Shown here: piece after piece, positions 43,760-55,928 of the stretch
How the letters are laid out: each line of letters starts with the position of its first letter
Position numbering within the stretch: position 1 is the first letter of the stretch
Assembly (NCBI GenBank): GCA_977017575.1
Contig: CDRNVI010000004.1
Coordinates: forward strand, 620,001 to 684,000
Length of the DNA: 64,000 nucleotides
Source: Paramoeba atlantica
Taxonomy: Eukaryota; Protista; Discosea
Direction of reading: 5' to 3'
Made by a program: the position numbers and the translations under genes
The notes under the pieces: generated by a model
Seen by the model: the letters and a program-made list of their open reading frames with translations, nothing else
Told to the model about the DNA's origin: nothing
Database searches by the model: none

Positions 43760-45092
43760 TAAATAAAGAAGCGCAGAAGTGTCCAATCTCAGATGTGCAA
43801 GTCACATGTTGGGAGTCGAAAATTCGTTCGGGTAGGGCCCAATGAAAATGTATCAAAAAAATCACCTCCATTTTATTTGTGTGAAGTGTATTTATAAGTA
43901 TTTATAAGTGTGAAGTGGATAAGATTGAAAGGCGAAAAAGTGAAAAAAATGTAATTGTACGTCATAAATAATTGGCGTTCTCTGTTGCCCGTTAATAAGC
44001 GCGCAAAGCTCCTACAAAGCTCCTACTGTATTGTGAGATCTGCAAAATTCCACAAAAATTAGCTCAAGCGGATTTTTGTACGAAACAAAAGTGGGGCGGT
44101 CACTTTTCATGACGCGGGGTTTATAATCAAATCAGACATATTGGTAGCGACCAACGCGCCGCGAAGCGGTGCGAAACTTTTTTGACGTGGTCGTAAGATC
44201 ACGCAAGATCATGCCCGCAGTCCCTCAATCTATGTCAAAGAAAGTCGTGCTAACTCTAAAAAGATGGTGTGGAACAAAGTAAGAAAAACAGAATGTTTCT
44301 TATTTTTGGTAAAAATGGACGCATATTCGTTCTTTTTCTCTCTCTCGTTGAAGCGACGGTCAATTGAACGTCAAACAGCCCAGACTCAGTTAAACTGCCA
44401 GGCAGTTTGAAAAGAACAGTTAGATGGCATTTTCTTTGATTTTTCTTCTTCGTCAGACAACCCACTTGTTTTTCCATGTTTTTCAAGAGTTCTTACCTTT
44501 CGTTTAGTTTTGCAGAGTTTGTGACGTAGCCTCTTGATAACTGCATCCTTGACACTGATTTTTTTTCTCCAAGGACTTCAATTGAGGGGCTGCGGATATG
44601 ATCTCGCATGATCTCACGTGATCTCGTTTTGAGGTCGTCCAACCACTCTCCAGATCCAAGTCCGCTCCCTTTCACTGTACCCTTTCTCTGTAGCCAAATA
44701 AAAACAAGTCGTGTAGCTCTTTAAAGGTTAGTCCCATTTTGTAGAGTTTTCGGGGGTACCGTAGACCCCCCAGTAGGAGAATCGATTTTCGGTAAAAATG
44801 GCCAAATCTCTCTTACTGGGGGAGTATGCTTTTTTGGCCAGTTTTCTCTTGTCTCCCAACTTTTTTGACAAATTTCCTAACTACTCACGATATTTACAAT
44901 ACGATTATAATTCACCCAAAGTACGTTGCTCATCCAAAGTACGTAAAGTGTGTATTCATAGTACCAACATCATCAGCAGTTCTCCTTGACTTCAACATGA
45001 CTCTGAGTTGAATTTTCAGCGCCACAAACGTCTTATCAGGAAAACAGAGTGTATTCGTTCGAGTCATAAAGAGGTATAATTTCGGGGCGAAA

Positions 45093-48000
45093 ATGAGTGA
45101 AAATTCAAGCATGGAGCAATCAAACGCGAAATTCAACGCATCTTCACAGTCAAACGAAGTTGAAGAACTAAAGAACTCACCATCTCAAGCCAACCCCAAC
45201 GTTACGGCTCGATGGAAACAGTTCGTCTCCCGTCCTCGAGGTAATAAGAACACAAATTCTTTGCACAACTCCACCAGTCCTTCGCTACCCGGTCACGAGC
45301 CCATGACACGCCTCTCTCCTCTCTGCTCCCCCGTTTTCTCCCGTTCTGTAAACCCTCCCATCGAATCCACATGGAGGGCGAGCGCAACCCTCCCTCTATG
45401 TCTCAGCCCACCTTTCGGAAATACCCAACCATCGAATTCATCCACTACCCCACCTACAGAAACCCATTCCCCTATCCCAACGCCCATCTCTCCTAACTCC
45501 ACCACCCAAGCAAAATCTAATTCGGAAATCAACACCTTTTTAGGTTCTTCTTCATCTTCCTCCCCAATCTTTGATCCTAAAAATCAAGCCTTGGGAGCCA
45601 CCCATTCATCCACCACCCAAACAAAACCTATTTCACAAACCCACACTTTTTTAGGTTCATCTTCCTCCCCAATCTTTGATCCTAAACATCAAGCCTTGGG
45701 AACGCCCTCCCTGGGCGCTCTCCACAAAAACAGAACGCCCTCATTACCCTCATCCAACCCCCACCCCTCTGGCGCTCGTCCCCCCGAGCGTAAAACCCAA
45801 AACCAGTGGGCCGGGTTCCAAGTGCGTCAGTGCAACAACTACAACCCCGAGACCGGGATCTGCCTCCACGAGGAGACCCCGATCTCCGTGAAAGGGGGAC
45901 TCCGGGGCCACGCGTTCCCCAACAACGTGTGTAAGTACTTCCACAAAGGCCGGGACGGGTCTCGGCCCCGAGGCTTCCATGAGAATCTCGCGCGCGGGAT
46001 TACCACCATGGAGGCCGTGACCCGGGCGTTGGTGGAGAAAGCCCGGGAGAACCTCAGGCTCGGGAAGGGGTACGGTGGGGCCGTGGTTCGTGAGCTGGTG
46101 CGACACGGGGGGGAGGGGAATGGAAAAGGGGGGGAGGCCACGAAGGTGGGGAGCGAGGGATGGAGGATGACAGGGAGGGCTTGGACAGAGGGGGGGAATG
46201 GGGTAGAAATGCCTTTCTGGGGAGAGGATAAATATGTAGAGGGGAATGCTCAAGGCGTGGAAAATGGTGTGGGGAGTCAAGTTGCGACGTACCCATGTGA
46301 ATGGGGATCGCTTCCCCCACAGCCTACTGTCGCCTATTCAGGGGCTGTGGAAGGAGGTGGGGTTCCGATCTTCAGCTCTTTCTCGGGACATGCTCCCTCG
46401 CATGGGGTGAATCCTGGCGATTTTCCCATTTTTTCCGAGGCCTTTCCTTCTGCTGAATCGACCTACTCCCACCATGCCACCACAAATGAGAGTTTTCCCG
46501 TCTCCGACCCTAATCTTTCGTACCTCTTAGCTCTTCGAACCATCGTGCGCGGGAACTCCTGTGACGATGTCATCTGGCTTCACCCCGCCCGAGTAGGGAA
46601 GCCTATCCCGTGGTATGGATTCTGCACCTCCGACTGCGACCGCTATGAAATCAGTTCTCAGACCTGCCTATTGGAAAAAAACTCTTCCCGACCTGCGGAG
46701 AGCTTCCCAGACAACGCCTGTCTGCGATTTCATCCCCACCGGGACGGTCTAACCCCTCGCACCGTTACCGAGAACCTGGTCTGGGGTCTCACCACACGTG
46801 AGCGCGTGGCCAAGGAAATGATTCGCCTTGCCCTGGCCCACTATCCCCCAGACGCATCGAACCCCAGCGATACCTCAGTAGACGATGGAGAAACTCAAAA
46901 CAGTGATCCCCAAACCACGAACAACAGGGTTGCAACCAAAGTCCCCCCCTTTGCCTCCTCCGCTCTGCGGTACGTGGGCAGGGCGCGCATCCGCACCCCC
47001 TCACCTTGTTTAAGATCCTCTCGCGGATCTTCTTCTTCTTCCCCTTTTTCCTCCACAACCTCTTCCTTTACCAAAAACTCTTCATCTTTATCTTCAAGAG
47101 TTCGAGGCACCATTTCACCAACATCTTCTTCTTCTTCCTCCGCCTTCAAAGAGGATGTCGAAATCCTCATCGACCACGTCGCCCACCAACCCGCAAGCTT
47201 TGTCGTCGCCCTCCTCCGCGTCCTTGGATTCGCCACCCAGGTCGAGCCCATCTGCGCGGCCCAAAACGGACAATTCGCGGTGCGGAGCTCTGCCCAAAAC
47301 GCCTCCCTGCTCTCCGGGCTCGACGGGTTGCTTACGCTCCTCAAAGGCCCCTACCCGGACTACGGGGTGTGGCTCCCCCCGTTCACCCTCACCCCCGCGG
47401 ACAGTACCCAGAGTACCCTATACCAACGTCTGCGGTTGGTTCGCCCCCATGACCCCATAAGTGTGGTCGTGCAACTCCCTCGAACAGAAGAGCGTGAGAG
47501 CGGCCAAGGGCTCACCCTGGCCGACATAAATAAAAAAGTCGAGCCCCGAGGCTACGTGGTGGATCCCCATCCCGGGGCCGGGCTCCGTATCGAGCCCTGG
47601 CACCGCCTCGGGGGTTACGCCTCGTTGAAAACAACAACAACAACAAATCAAAAAGGTTTTTCTCTTTTCTCCCCAACCAATCCGAATGGTTTGGATTCAC
47701 AAAACCGGAATTCTTGTTGGGATTCGCAAAAACCAAATTCGAGTTGGGATTCACAAAACAAGAACTCTTGTTGGGATTCACAAAACAAAAACTCTTGTTG
47801 GGATTCACAAGACAAGAACTCTTGTTGGGATTCACAAAACAAGAACTTTGGTTGGGATTCACAAAACTCGAATTCTTGTTTTGTTCCACAAAACCCAAAT
47901 TCCTGTTTGGATTCACAAAACCCAAATTCTTGCTTGGATTCACAAAACCCGAATTCTTGCTTGGATTCACAAAACCCGAATTCTTGTTTGAATTCACAAA

Positions 48001-49154
48001 ACCCGAATTCTTCTTGTGTTCCACAAAGGTTTCTCACTCCTTTTGTGGTCCACGCCCCTCCCGGGACCCCGGGGGATATTTTTCTACGGGACTTACATCT
48101 TTGTTTTCCCACGGCGCTCCTGCGGGGGCCAACCGTTCTGGAACGGTTTCGGCCCCACACCCTCGCGGGGTACCTCCGGGTGTTAAGAGCTCAGCTGCTC
48201 CCGGAGTTTGTGAGGACTTGTGATTTCCCTCAAATCATTATCATTGGGGGAAGACAAGTGGGGGGGAGAGAAGGAGAAGGGGAAGAGAACCCCGAGACGG
48301 TCGATGTGGGGAACATCTACCCCGCGCTGGGGTTGGCCATGACACGCCCCTGCCACCGTTGTGTGTGTCTGGAGCTCCGTAGTGAACCTACGGATTATGC
48401 TCGACTCCAGGTGACACAGGTTGGTGAAGCCGAGGGGGGAGAGGGAGAGGAAGAAAAACAGAGGGATAGGGATAAAGAGAAAAAGGAAAAGGGAATAAAT
48501 TTATCCAATTTGCCACGTTTGGGTTACGCGAACCGAAAGGATCAATTTTCAAGACCTCTCGAGGAGAAAAAGCTAGAGGGGGGTGAGGTGGAGGAAATCC
48601 TCCAGGGAGGGAGATTAGGGAGCTCGGCCCCAAAGCTGCTGTTTCGGGGTCCAGGGCTGCTGGATGCGAGTGTGGTGGATGTCCCCTCGGTTGCGGCGTT
48701 AATGGGTACGCACCCGTATCTTCTGGTGGAGGAACCCTCCCGGCCGGTGCTGTTGATTACCTCTGAGCCGAATTGGGAAAGAGATTTACGAGAGGTTGAG
48801 AATCTTAGAAAAAAGTCGCCGAAAAGTGCCTCGGCAGCGTGTCAGCTGGTGCTGGTCTACTGCGAGAGGCTCCCCTCCGGTTGTGCGCCCTCAAGTTTTG
48901 AAAATACGCAAGTTTTGAAACAACAGGCTGGGCCAGAGGTTGCTGTCCCTTCTGCAAAAAGTGAGGAAGTCTCCACAGCCGGGTACCCCTTTCCTGGACA
49001 GAATATTTTATGGTTTACCCCACGTGGGGTGGAGCAGGCAAAGGCCACGGCATTGGCTTTTGTGCGCACGCTGGTGGGACGCTATGTCATGCGGTTGTTA
49101 CGCGCGAGAGTACGGAAGGAGCTGGGTGGGTCGTTGGGTAGTCCGCAGGGTTAA
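45093..49154 (+). CDS. Hypothetical 1353-aa protein with S/P-rich N-terminus, a duplicated Cys/His domain and a 9-aa repeat
   Basis: Long uninterrupted ORF on the host strand; no family recognised. Confidence 0.85.
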   Translation: MSENSSMEQSNAKFNASSQSNEVEELKNSPSQANPNVTARWKQFVSRPRGNKNTNSLHNSTSPSLPGHEPMTRLSPLCSPVFSRSVNPPIESTWRASATLPLCLSPPFGNTQPSNSSTTPPTETHSPIPTPISPNSTTQAKSNSEINTFLGSSSSSSPIFDPKNQALGATHSSTTQTKPISQTHTFLGSSSSPIFDPKHQALGTPSLGALHKNRTPSLPSSNPHPSGARPPERKTQNQWAGFQVRQCNNYNPETGICLHEETPISVKGGLRGHAFPNNVCKYFHKGRDGSRPRGFHENLARGITTMEAVTRALVEKARENLRLGKGYGGAVVRELVRHGGEGNGKGGEATKVGSEGWRMTGRAWTEGGNGVEMPFWGEDKYVEGNAQGVENGVGSQVATYPCEWGSLPPQPTVAYSGAVEGGGVPIFSSFSGHAPSHGVNPGDFPIFSEAFPSAESTYSHHATTNESFPVSDPNLSYLLALRTIVRGNSCDDVIWLHPARVGKPIPWYGFCTSDCDRYEISSQTCLLEKNSSRPAESFPDNACLRFHPHRDGLTPRTVTENLVWGLTTRERVAKEMIRLALAHYPPDASNPSDTSVDDGETQNSDPQTTNNRVATKVPPFASSALRYVGRARIRTPSPCLRSSRGSSSSSPFSSTTSSFTKNSSSLSSRVRGTISPTSSSSSSAFKEDVEILIDHVAHQPASFVVALLRVLGFATQVEPICAAQNGQFAVRSSAQNASLLSGLDGLLTLLKGPYPDYGVWLPPFTLTPADSTQSTLYQRLRLVRPHDPISVVVQLPRTEERESGQGLTLADINKKVEPRGYVVDPHPGAGLRIEPWHRLGGYASLKTTTTTNQKGFSLFSPTNPNGLDSQNRNSCWDSQKPNSSWDSQNKNSCWDSQNKNSCWDSQDKNSCWDSQNKNFGWDSQNSNSCFVPQNPNSCLDSQNPNSCLDSQNPNSCLDSQNPNSCLNSQNPNSSCVPQRFLTPFVVHAPPGTPGDIFLRDLHLCFPTALLRGPTVLERFRPHTLAGYLRVLRAQLLPEFVRTCDFPQIIIIGGRQVGGREGEGEENPETVDVGNIYPALGLAMTRPCHRCVCLELRSEPTDYARLQVTQVGEAEGGEGEEEKQRDRDKEKKEKGINLSNLPRLGYANRKDQFSRPLEEKKLEGGEVEEILQGGRLGSSAPKLLFRGPGLLDASVVDVPSVAALMGTHPYLLVEEPSRPVLLITSEPNWERDLREVENLRKKSPKSASAACQLVLVYCERLPSGCAPSSFENTQVLKQQAGPEVAVPSAKSEEVSTAGYPFPGQNILWFTPRGVEQAKATALAFVRTLVGRYVMRLLRARVRKELGGSLGSPQG
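47686..48020 (+). repeat. 27-bp coding tandem repeat, ~13 units (SC(W/L)DSQN(K/P)N)
   Basis: TCTTGTTGGGATTCACAAAACAAGAAC-type units. Confidence 0.95.
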
Positions 49155-49646
49155 AGAGTCAAAAAAGAAAATAGTAGAACATAGAGTCGTTGAGCCTATG
49201 TCAAAAGAGTATTTCTTTTTCATGGTTAAGGAATGCAATTCTAGGCGTCAAGCTTCATAAACAGCGGGCAAGGCGTAAATGCGTGTTAGTACAATATTCA
49301 CACAATAGTACTGTAGTTTAGTAATGCGGTATAATTTTCTCAACATTTATTGAGATCAGGACACTCTGAGGAGGTTCATTTTGGAAAACAGAGGCAGTGT
49401 GTTCACTGTTCTCGATTTTCCTGTCGTATAACCGAAAAAATAGAGCATAAAATCTAGAAGATAGTCCAAACTTCGCTCCCATTTAGCACTTTTTCTCTAC
49501 ACATCGTTATCGATTTCACCCTAGAATCAGTGTATCTCATCTGCACAACTATTCACCGTGACCGTTAAAACCTACACACAACTTTAGATCCATTTCTTTT
49601 CTATAGAGGTATAATTCTTCGCGTACGAATACAATAGGACCAACAC

Positions 49647-50492
49647 ATGGTTTCCCTTCCCTGTAACCACAACGAGTGGCTTCGACGTCTCCCCTCCCCC
49701 ATCACCTACTTCAAACCGGAGGCCGAGACCCCGCTCTCCCGCATCCGTCTCACCTGCCGTGTTTGCTACCAAGATGTCGAGTTCCCGGATCTCTCCTCCC
49801 TCCCCCCGAGCCTCTCCCTTGTCGATACCCTCGTGGAGGCTCCGAAAAAAAATATCCATCTTCGCAATCTCTCCTGTCACACGCATGAATACGAAATGGT
49901 GCGAATTCTACAATCCTTCGGTCCCGATTATAAAATCGAGTCCATTCAACATAATGAGGAGAGGCGCCAGGCGTTTGTCCAGATGGTCTCGGGAAAAGCA
50001 GCCGCGCAGCTGGTGAGACTTGAAAAAATCACCGACCCGCGGACCGGGTGGAGCTTCTTTGTGGACTACGCCCGTAAACAAACCAGTCTACTCGTGCGAA
50101 CGCTGTTTGTGCGTATCACCCGGGTACGCTGCGGGGCTGGGGGTTTGCTCCCGATTACCCCTTTTTTACTTTTTCAACTTTTTTATGGCGTACCGCACAT
50201 GCGGAAAGTGATTGTGCTGGCCGCTCCGGGAGCGCCTCCACAGAAAGTCACCAAGGCGCTTGTACAATTTGAAAGCGTCGCGGATGCCACGGCGGCGCTG
50301 AGATATTGGCACTGTCAAAAAGTGGTGTTGGAGGGTCATGACGAGATTGAGGTCTCGGCCATGCTAAGCTCCAGTGATGAGGTCCGGAATAATGCCAATG
50401 GGCCAATGAGTTTAATTCTGGACAACGCAATGGAGGAGCAACGATTTATGGCTCATTTTCCTCCATTGCGAAGAGAATGGGTGCGGGGGTGA
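49647..50492 (+). CDS. Two-RRM RNA-binding protein, PTB/hnRNP-L-like (cf. trypanosomatid DRBD3/4)
   Basis: NIHLRNL...QAFVQM (RRM1); RTLFVRI...ITPFLLFQLF...KALVQFESVADATAA (PTB RRM2-like). Confidence 0.7.
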   Translation: MVSLPCNHNEWLRRLPSPITYFKPEAETPLSRIRLTCRVCYQDVEFPDLSSLPPSLSLVDTLVEAPKKNIHLRNLSCHTHEYEMVRILQSFGPDYKIESIQHNEERRQAFVQMVSGKAAAQLVRLEKITDPRTGWSFFVDYARKQTSLLVRTLFVRITRVRCGAGGLLPITPFLLFQLFYGVPHMRKVIVLAAPGAPPQKVTKALVQFESVADATAALRYWHCQKVVLEGHDEIEVSAMLSSSDEVRNNANGPMSLILDNAMEEQRFMAHFPPLRREWVRG

Positions 50493-50742
50493 GGCAAGGG
50501 GGGAAAGGTCCTGAGTTTCGTACCGTGAGCTTGCTTCTTGATTTAACTTTTATCAAAGAAATCAAACTTCTCTATCAACAAAAAGTTTCAACGTAAAGCA
50601 CATACGTAAGCAATGATATTTCTCTTGCTCAAAACAACCACAGCGTACATCGAAAATGTTTTAGTACAGATCGTTCGGTAAACAGTTAAGCATTAAATAT
50701 ATTTCAAAACATAAGTACACACAAAAGCACCTACGCTTTCCA

Positions 50743-51618
50743 ATGTTTATTACCCCACAAACACGCGCCGTTCAATTATCCGAGAGTTCATCGCCTTTAG
50801 CAAAGCGACGAAAGCCAAACAGTGACTCCAGTGCGCTAGGAGAAGAAAAGCGGTCCTTACAAACCGTTCGTCTGGGCAAAGTTCGTGGAACAGATCTCCC
50901 ACAGGAGTTTGAGCTCACACGACTGATTGCAAATATTCAAAGTCCTCATCCCTCATGGAACGCATCCGTTCCGGCCTGTACTTGGTTTCATGTGAGGTGT
51001 AATTTCGAAGGTCAGGTGTTTGAGATTCAGTGGAGCCATTTGAAACTCTCCGGGTCGCTACAATGGGAGTGGATGCCACGATCCACGAAACATTTTCTTT
51101 TAAGCTCCAATATGTTGGTTGGAGCGCTACAACTGGAGTCGCTTCCCTCCTCGCTGTCTCGTTTCTATGTCTCGGAGAATCGATTGAGCGGAACGCTAGC
51201 GTTGCCGTACGGGTCGAATCGCTTACTGCAGCTATTCTTGGATGACAATTCTTTACATGGGGACGTAGATCTAACCCATATCCCTCTTTGCTTGGTTGAT
51301 CTTTCGGTTGCACAGAATCAATTCTCCGGGGCCATTGCGCTAGAACGTTTGCCCCACTTCATGGCATCCCTTGATCTTAGCTTTAACGCTTTTACAGGGA
51401 CGCCAGATTTCCTACACTTGCCCTGTTCTCTTCGTTTTCTGGAGCTGGCAGACAACTGTTTTTCGGGAGTGGTACAACTCAGTTCTCTCCCTCAGTGCTT
51501 ACAAACTTTAAACCTCTGTGACAATTCAGAACTATCGGGCGATGTTAAGGGCTCGGCTTTACCTGACTCATTGGTAAACTTTTATTACGAGGGAACAGAG
51601 CTACGAATGACTGAATAG
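50743..51618 (+). CDS. LRR family protein, 291 aa
   Basis: RLGKVRGTDLPQEFEL, PACTWFHVRC, LRR units. Confidence 0.92.
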   Translation: MFITPQTRAVQLSESSSPLAKRRKPNSDSSALGEEKRSLQTVRLGKVRGTDLPQEFELTRLIANIQSPHPSWNASVPACTWFHVRCNFEGQVFEIQWSHLKLSGSLQWEWMPRSTKHFLLSSNMLVGALQLESLPSSLSRFYVSENRLSGTLALPYGSNRLLQLFLDDNSLHGDVDLTHIPLCLVDLSVAQNQFSGAIALERLPHFMASLDLSFNAFTGTPDFLHLPCSLRFLELADNCFSGVVQLSSLPQCLQTLNLCDNSELSGDVKGSALPDSLVNFYYEGTELRMTE

Positions 51619-54600
51619 AAATACCTCAGTCTGTAAACTTCAGATTTTTGCATGCTATAAGAGAAGGAAACAATCGCCATCAGTCATCAATCAGAAATTG
51701 GTTTGCCGGCAGTGGAACTTGTCTCCCCTCAGAATATACGGCACCCGCTCATGCCCACGCTCGCAAGAGGCGCGGGTCAAAGCAATGAACGAAAAATAAA
51801 AAAACTATTCTACAAACTTTTTTTTGAAATCGAGACATTTCATGAGACGAACTATTCATCACTGCTCTATCGGATTCGTTTTACTTTTACAAAAACTTTA
51901 TGTACAAAACTTGTATGGTCAAGTATCGTACGATAGAATACATATGACATGTGTAATAGAATATACATACATGTAGAAATAAGAATACATAATGTGGCCC
52001 CCACTTTAATAGAGACCCCCCTCATCTCCCCCTTTATTAGAGACAAAATTTTGGGGGAATTTGTTTGGGGGGTATTTTTTGGCGAAAGTAGAGAAAAAAT
52101 TGGGATGTTGCTTAAAATGGGAGGAAAAATACTTAGAATTCACCGAACGTTCAAGAATCTCTACCAATGCTATCATCCACCTGTGAAATTGAAAGATGGT
52201 ATTCCCAACACAGTTCGTTCTTTGTGTGGGTCTCTAAGCTCCTGGATTATTACAGAACCTCCAGCGCCACGAATCGGAATCCGACATTCGAAATAACAAA
52301 TAATCCTTTTCCAAGCACTGTCCGTGAAAAGAGAGACCGAGTAGAGTTAAGTATGTATGACAAGCGCGATATATGCCTGTCGAAATCGCCGGTATCCAAG
52401 ACATAGAATAAGTACGGACTCTATCGAAGTGCCTTGTACAAAATACGCAACCGAGGAGCGAAACATTATCAAAACTTGATCAATCGTTCCATGGGCGGCA
52501 GCTGCAGAAATCGCGGTTTTAATGGAAGAGGGGGGATTATAATGACGCGGAGCCCATAACATACAGTAAAGCAGTTGCTATGGAACGCGTACATCGCGCA
52601 TGCGAGCAAGCTTCTTCCCTCTCGTGCCCTCTTACCAAAACCATCGTTATGGATATGATTCGAGAGCACACAGGTCTGACATCCGTAAACGCACTCGAAG
52701 AGACGTATTTGCGTTTTCGAAAGTATTACGGGTGGGTGTGGCTGCGTTGGGAAAGAACTCAGTGCCTTTCCCCTGCAGACGTTGAGCATCGCATTGACGT
52801 TGAGGCGATCGGACGCATAGACGTTGAGGCATCGCACAGGCAGAAAAATTGTATAGCCAAAATGCAGTTCGCCGCTACAGATTTGCGTTCTTCGGTGATG
52901 GGACTGCTGTTTTCATCAATGGAGTAGTACAGGGCTATACGCTCGCACCGATCGGATGCGCCCAAATTATGGATACCAAACCAACCCCAAATTATGGATA
53001 CCAACCCTAAGAAAACTGTAACAGCGTTCTTGTGCTTTTATTTTCTCGTTCACTTTGCGCTAGTAGCAGTCCTTATTACGCAGAAACATGAGTAGAACAG
53101 CTGCTCCAACGATAAATATACCGTTTCTGTAAAACATGTTTACTACTCTGAGTACTACATGTTTACTACTCTGAGTAGTTGTAAAAGGACCCTCACATGT
53201 GCATATATTTAAGGCTTGGGAAAAAGGCGCCACGAAGCGGCGCCGATTTTTGTTTTTCTTGTTTCGGATTCTCATTTGAACCCCCCCTTTAATAGAGACA
53301 AACATCGTTCGTGCACCATACCTGGAAAGCTGATTTGTGGCCTGGTGGCTTGCCAGAACCGAGATTATACATTTGTCTGTGGTCGAGACCTCGCGATTTA
53401 GAAGATCTTCTATCGCATCTTGTGATACATAGGTTCCTTGAGCGGCAAGCCGTTGAAAGTAAATGGCTGCTCCCAACTTGCAAAGTAACGCCCAATACGA
53501 GAGACGCACTTGTTGCACTCGTACCATTGGCAGTTGAACCCCCGGGTCTAGCTTTACCATAGTTTCGGCACACATTATTTTATCCGGGTCCGTTCCTATT
53601 TGGCTCCGGACATATTCCACTACTCTGTTCGTGAGCCACGGTTCGGATGAAAAGCCTTTGTTGGAAAGGCAATGATGTATCAGCCGCCCACATCGAGGAT
53701 CACTCGGAGATCTTATAAGAGGAACGAAGGCCTCTAGGACGTCTTGTGCCCCACGAATAACGCTGCTGCGGCTGCTATCCTTTACCTTTTATTCATGTTC
53801 TTTTGCGTTCAATGGCTGTAGACTCCCCAATTCATCACGCAGATGCAGAATTACGTTGTCAGGGATTCTTTCCGATGCGAAATTTCCAATCTGAAAGGCA
53901 TTTAAGGTTCCTTTTATGCTTGCAACCCTTTCTTCAGTGGCTCCGCTCCCGGCCAGAGCTGCAGCTTTTTCCAATACGTGGTCTACAGAACTCGTGCTTT
54001 TAGCATGTTGTATCGCACCCGGCAGCACTGCCGTAATCATAGAACGAAGGCTGACATTCATCCTTTTAAGGAAGCGAGTTCCTCAAGCGCATCTTCTGGG
54101 TTCTGAGATTCAGGTCATATTTCTGCATCCGCGATGAAATTAACTATGTCTGATACAGAGTCCATTGACTTAATACGGAAGAAAAAGAGAAGAGTTGATG
54201 AGATTAGGGAATGTTTGCATCTGTAAACCGCTAAAATTGTGAACAGTTGCACTCTTGTGAATAAACCACTCTTCTGTGTGGTATTGTAGTTTTTTATGGA
54301 CAACCTTCACTTGCATTTTCACTTCTTCACATACATTGCATGTATGTTCCCCGGTAAAAAATCACTTCTTATAATTTTTTTAGACATCCTTGTTTGTCAG
54401 TGACAACAGAGTTCCTTTGCAAACAAAAAGTTCCTGAGAGCAACCAGATATACGTACATACATTGCACGTACAGTAGTCGTGAGCCAAAACAACTTCCCG
54501 GAAGAATGGCCATAGAATATCTCTAATAACACGGATCACTTAAATTCTGCAAGGGATCCGGAGACCCCTTGCCCGACAGCTCGACGATGGTGGATCCGGA

Positions 54601-55928
54601 GATCCCTCGCCCAACGGTAATTTAGCTCTGTCAGTGTATTCAGAGGTCCCTCGGCTACTAATCACTTTCATGCTGATTCTTTTTAAAAGAAAAAACGCGA
54701 CCCTCAAACACGACTAGGGTTGGGCATCCGGCCGGCGACGGATCGGGAAGTGAGCGTCACGTGCGTGACGCCATACTTCCCGCTCACGTCTGTGGCCTCC
54801 TTTAACCCTGCTACAAAGATGCTTACAAATAATGCTACAAAGATGGGATTGTGGGCCATCACCCGAACACAAAGACTACGAAAGGGTTTATTCTTCGCCT
54901 GGGAACGTAAAAGCAAGCTGGTGCATGATTCTTGTTGCTGATTACGAAACAACACAATCTTTTTCGCATTAAAAAATCATGTTCCACATTGGGCGACTCC
55001 AAAAATGTTTGAGCCTCTCGGAATCGTGCAGATTTGATCATTGCGATCGAAGCAGCGTTTCAAGGCCCCTGAAAATGCCATGAAGAGCTTTCGAAAGCGA
55101 TGCTGTATTGTGATTGAGATTAATCAACGATAATAGCAATTATAATTTTTTTTTTCGATATTTGCTATTGTTTTAGAAAGTTGCAAATAGTGTTTGGGGG
55201 CGCTTTGTATAGGGGGCAATACCCCCTTGTGCATAGTTCGGCCTTGTTTCCTTCGTGAGCCCTGTTCGGGAGCTCTCGAATGCGCTATTATTTTCCAAAA
55301 ATGGCTAAGTTTTACAAATTTTAGACCCCCCCCACAATTTACACCCCTGTATGTATCTAGCTGCGTTGATGTGGAGATAATGAACGAAAAGGCATTTTTC
55401 TAAGGCGCACAACGGACGTACGTCGCGCATCACGAAGGAATTAGTCGAAAAGTTCCCACGAGCCGCTCAATCAATTGTGGGAAGTAAATGTGAACGGGGT
55501 TGTACAACATAAATTGGCCTTTTCTTCGTTAACCCAAAGGGTATTAAGCCAGAGTGCCACGACAAGGTGAAGACAAGAAGGTCGTATTTTCTGCCGTCCT
55601 CTGTGAGGCGATCACATTTTGAAAGTACACAAGCTACACGAACGTGCAACACGAATGTGCAACACTCAGGAAAAGAAAATTATACTTAATGTCGATAGCA
55701 TAGTGTACTTAAATAATTTGAGGATTTCCTAGAGAACTATAAATTGATCGAGCTTTGAATCACTTATCCACCCCCCTTACTTCACCACCCCCCTTACTTC
55801 ACCACAAAGTATGGGTTTTGGAACAAAAAGTGGGGGCTAAGTAAGGGGAGGGTAACGGTATACGGCGCCCGCTCATCCCACGCTCGCAAGAAGAGCGTGT
55901 CAAAGCAATGAATGAAAAATAAAAGAAC

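Noticed and set aside
47686-48020. CRISPR-like array
   Set aside because: Units are contiguous with no unique spacers, lie in frame inside a eukaryotic CDS, and no cas genes are present
52469-52950. Tyrosine recombinase remnant of a VIPER/TATE-like element
   Set aside because: Only a vague PLT....V / LRW.....L...DV resemblance; no H-x-x-R or catalytic Tyr could be placed
53060-54303. Minus-strand gene spanning three short ORFs
   Set aside because: Several stops and frameshifts, a MITE fragment at the 3' end and no recognisable motif; possibly a decayed gene but no call can be supported
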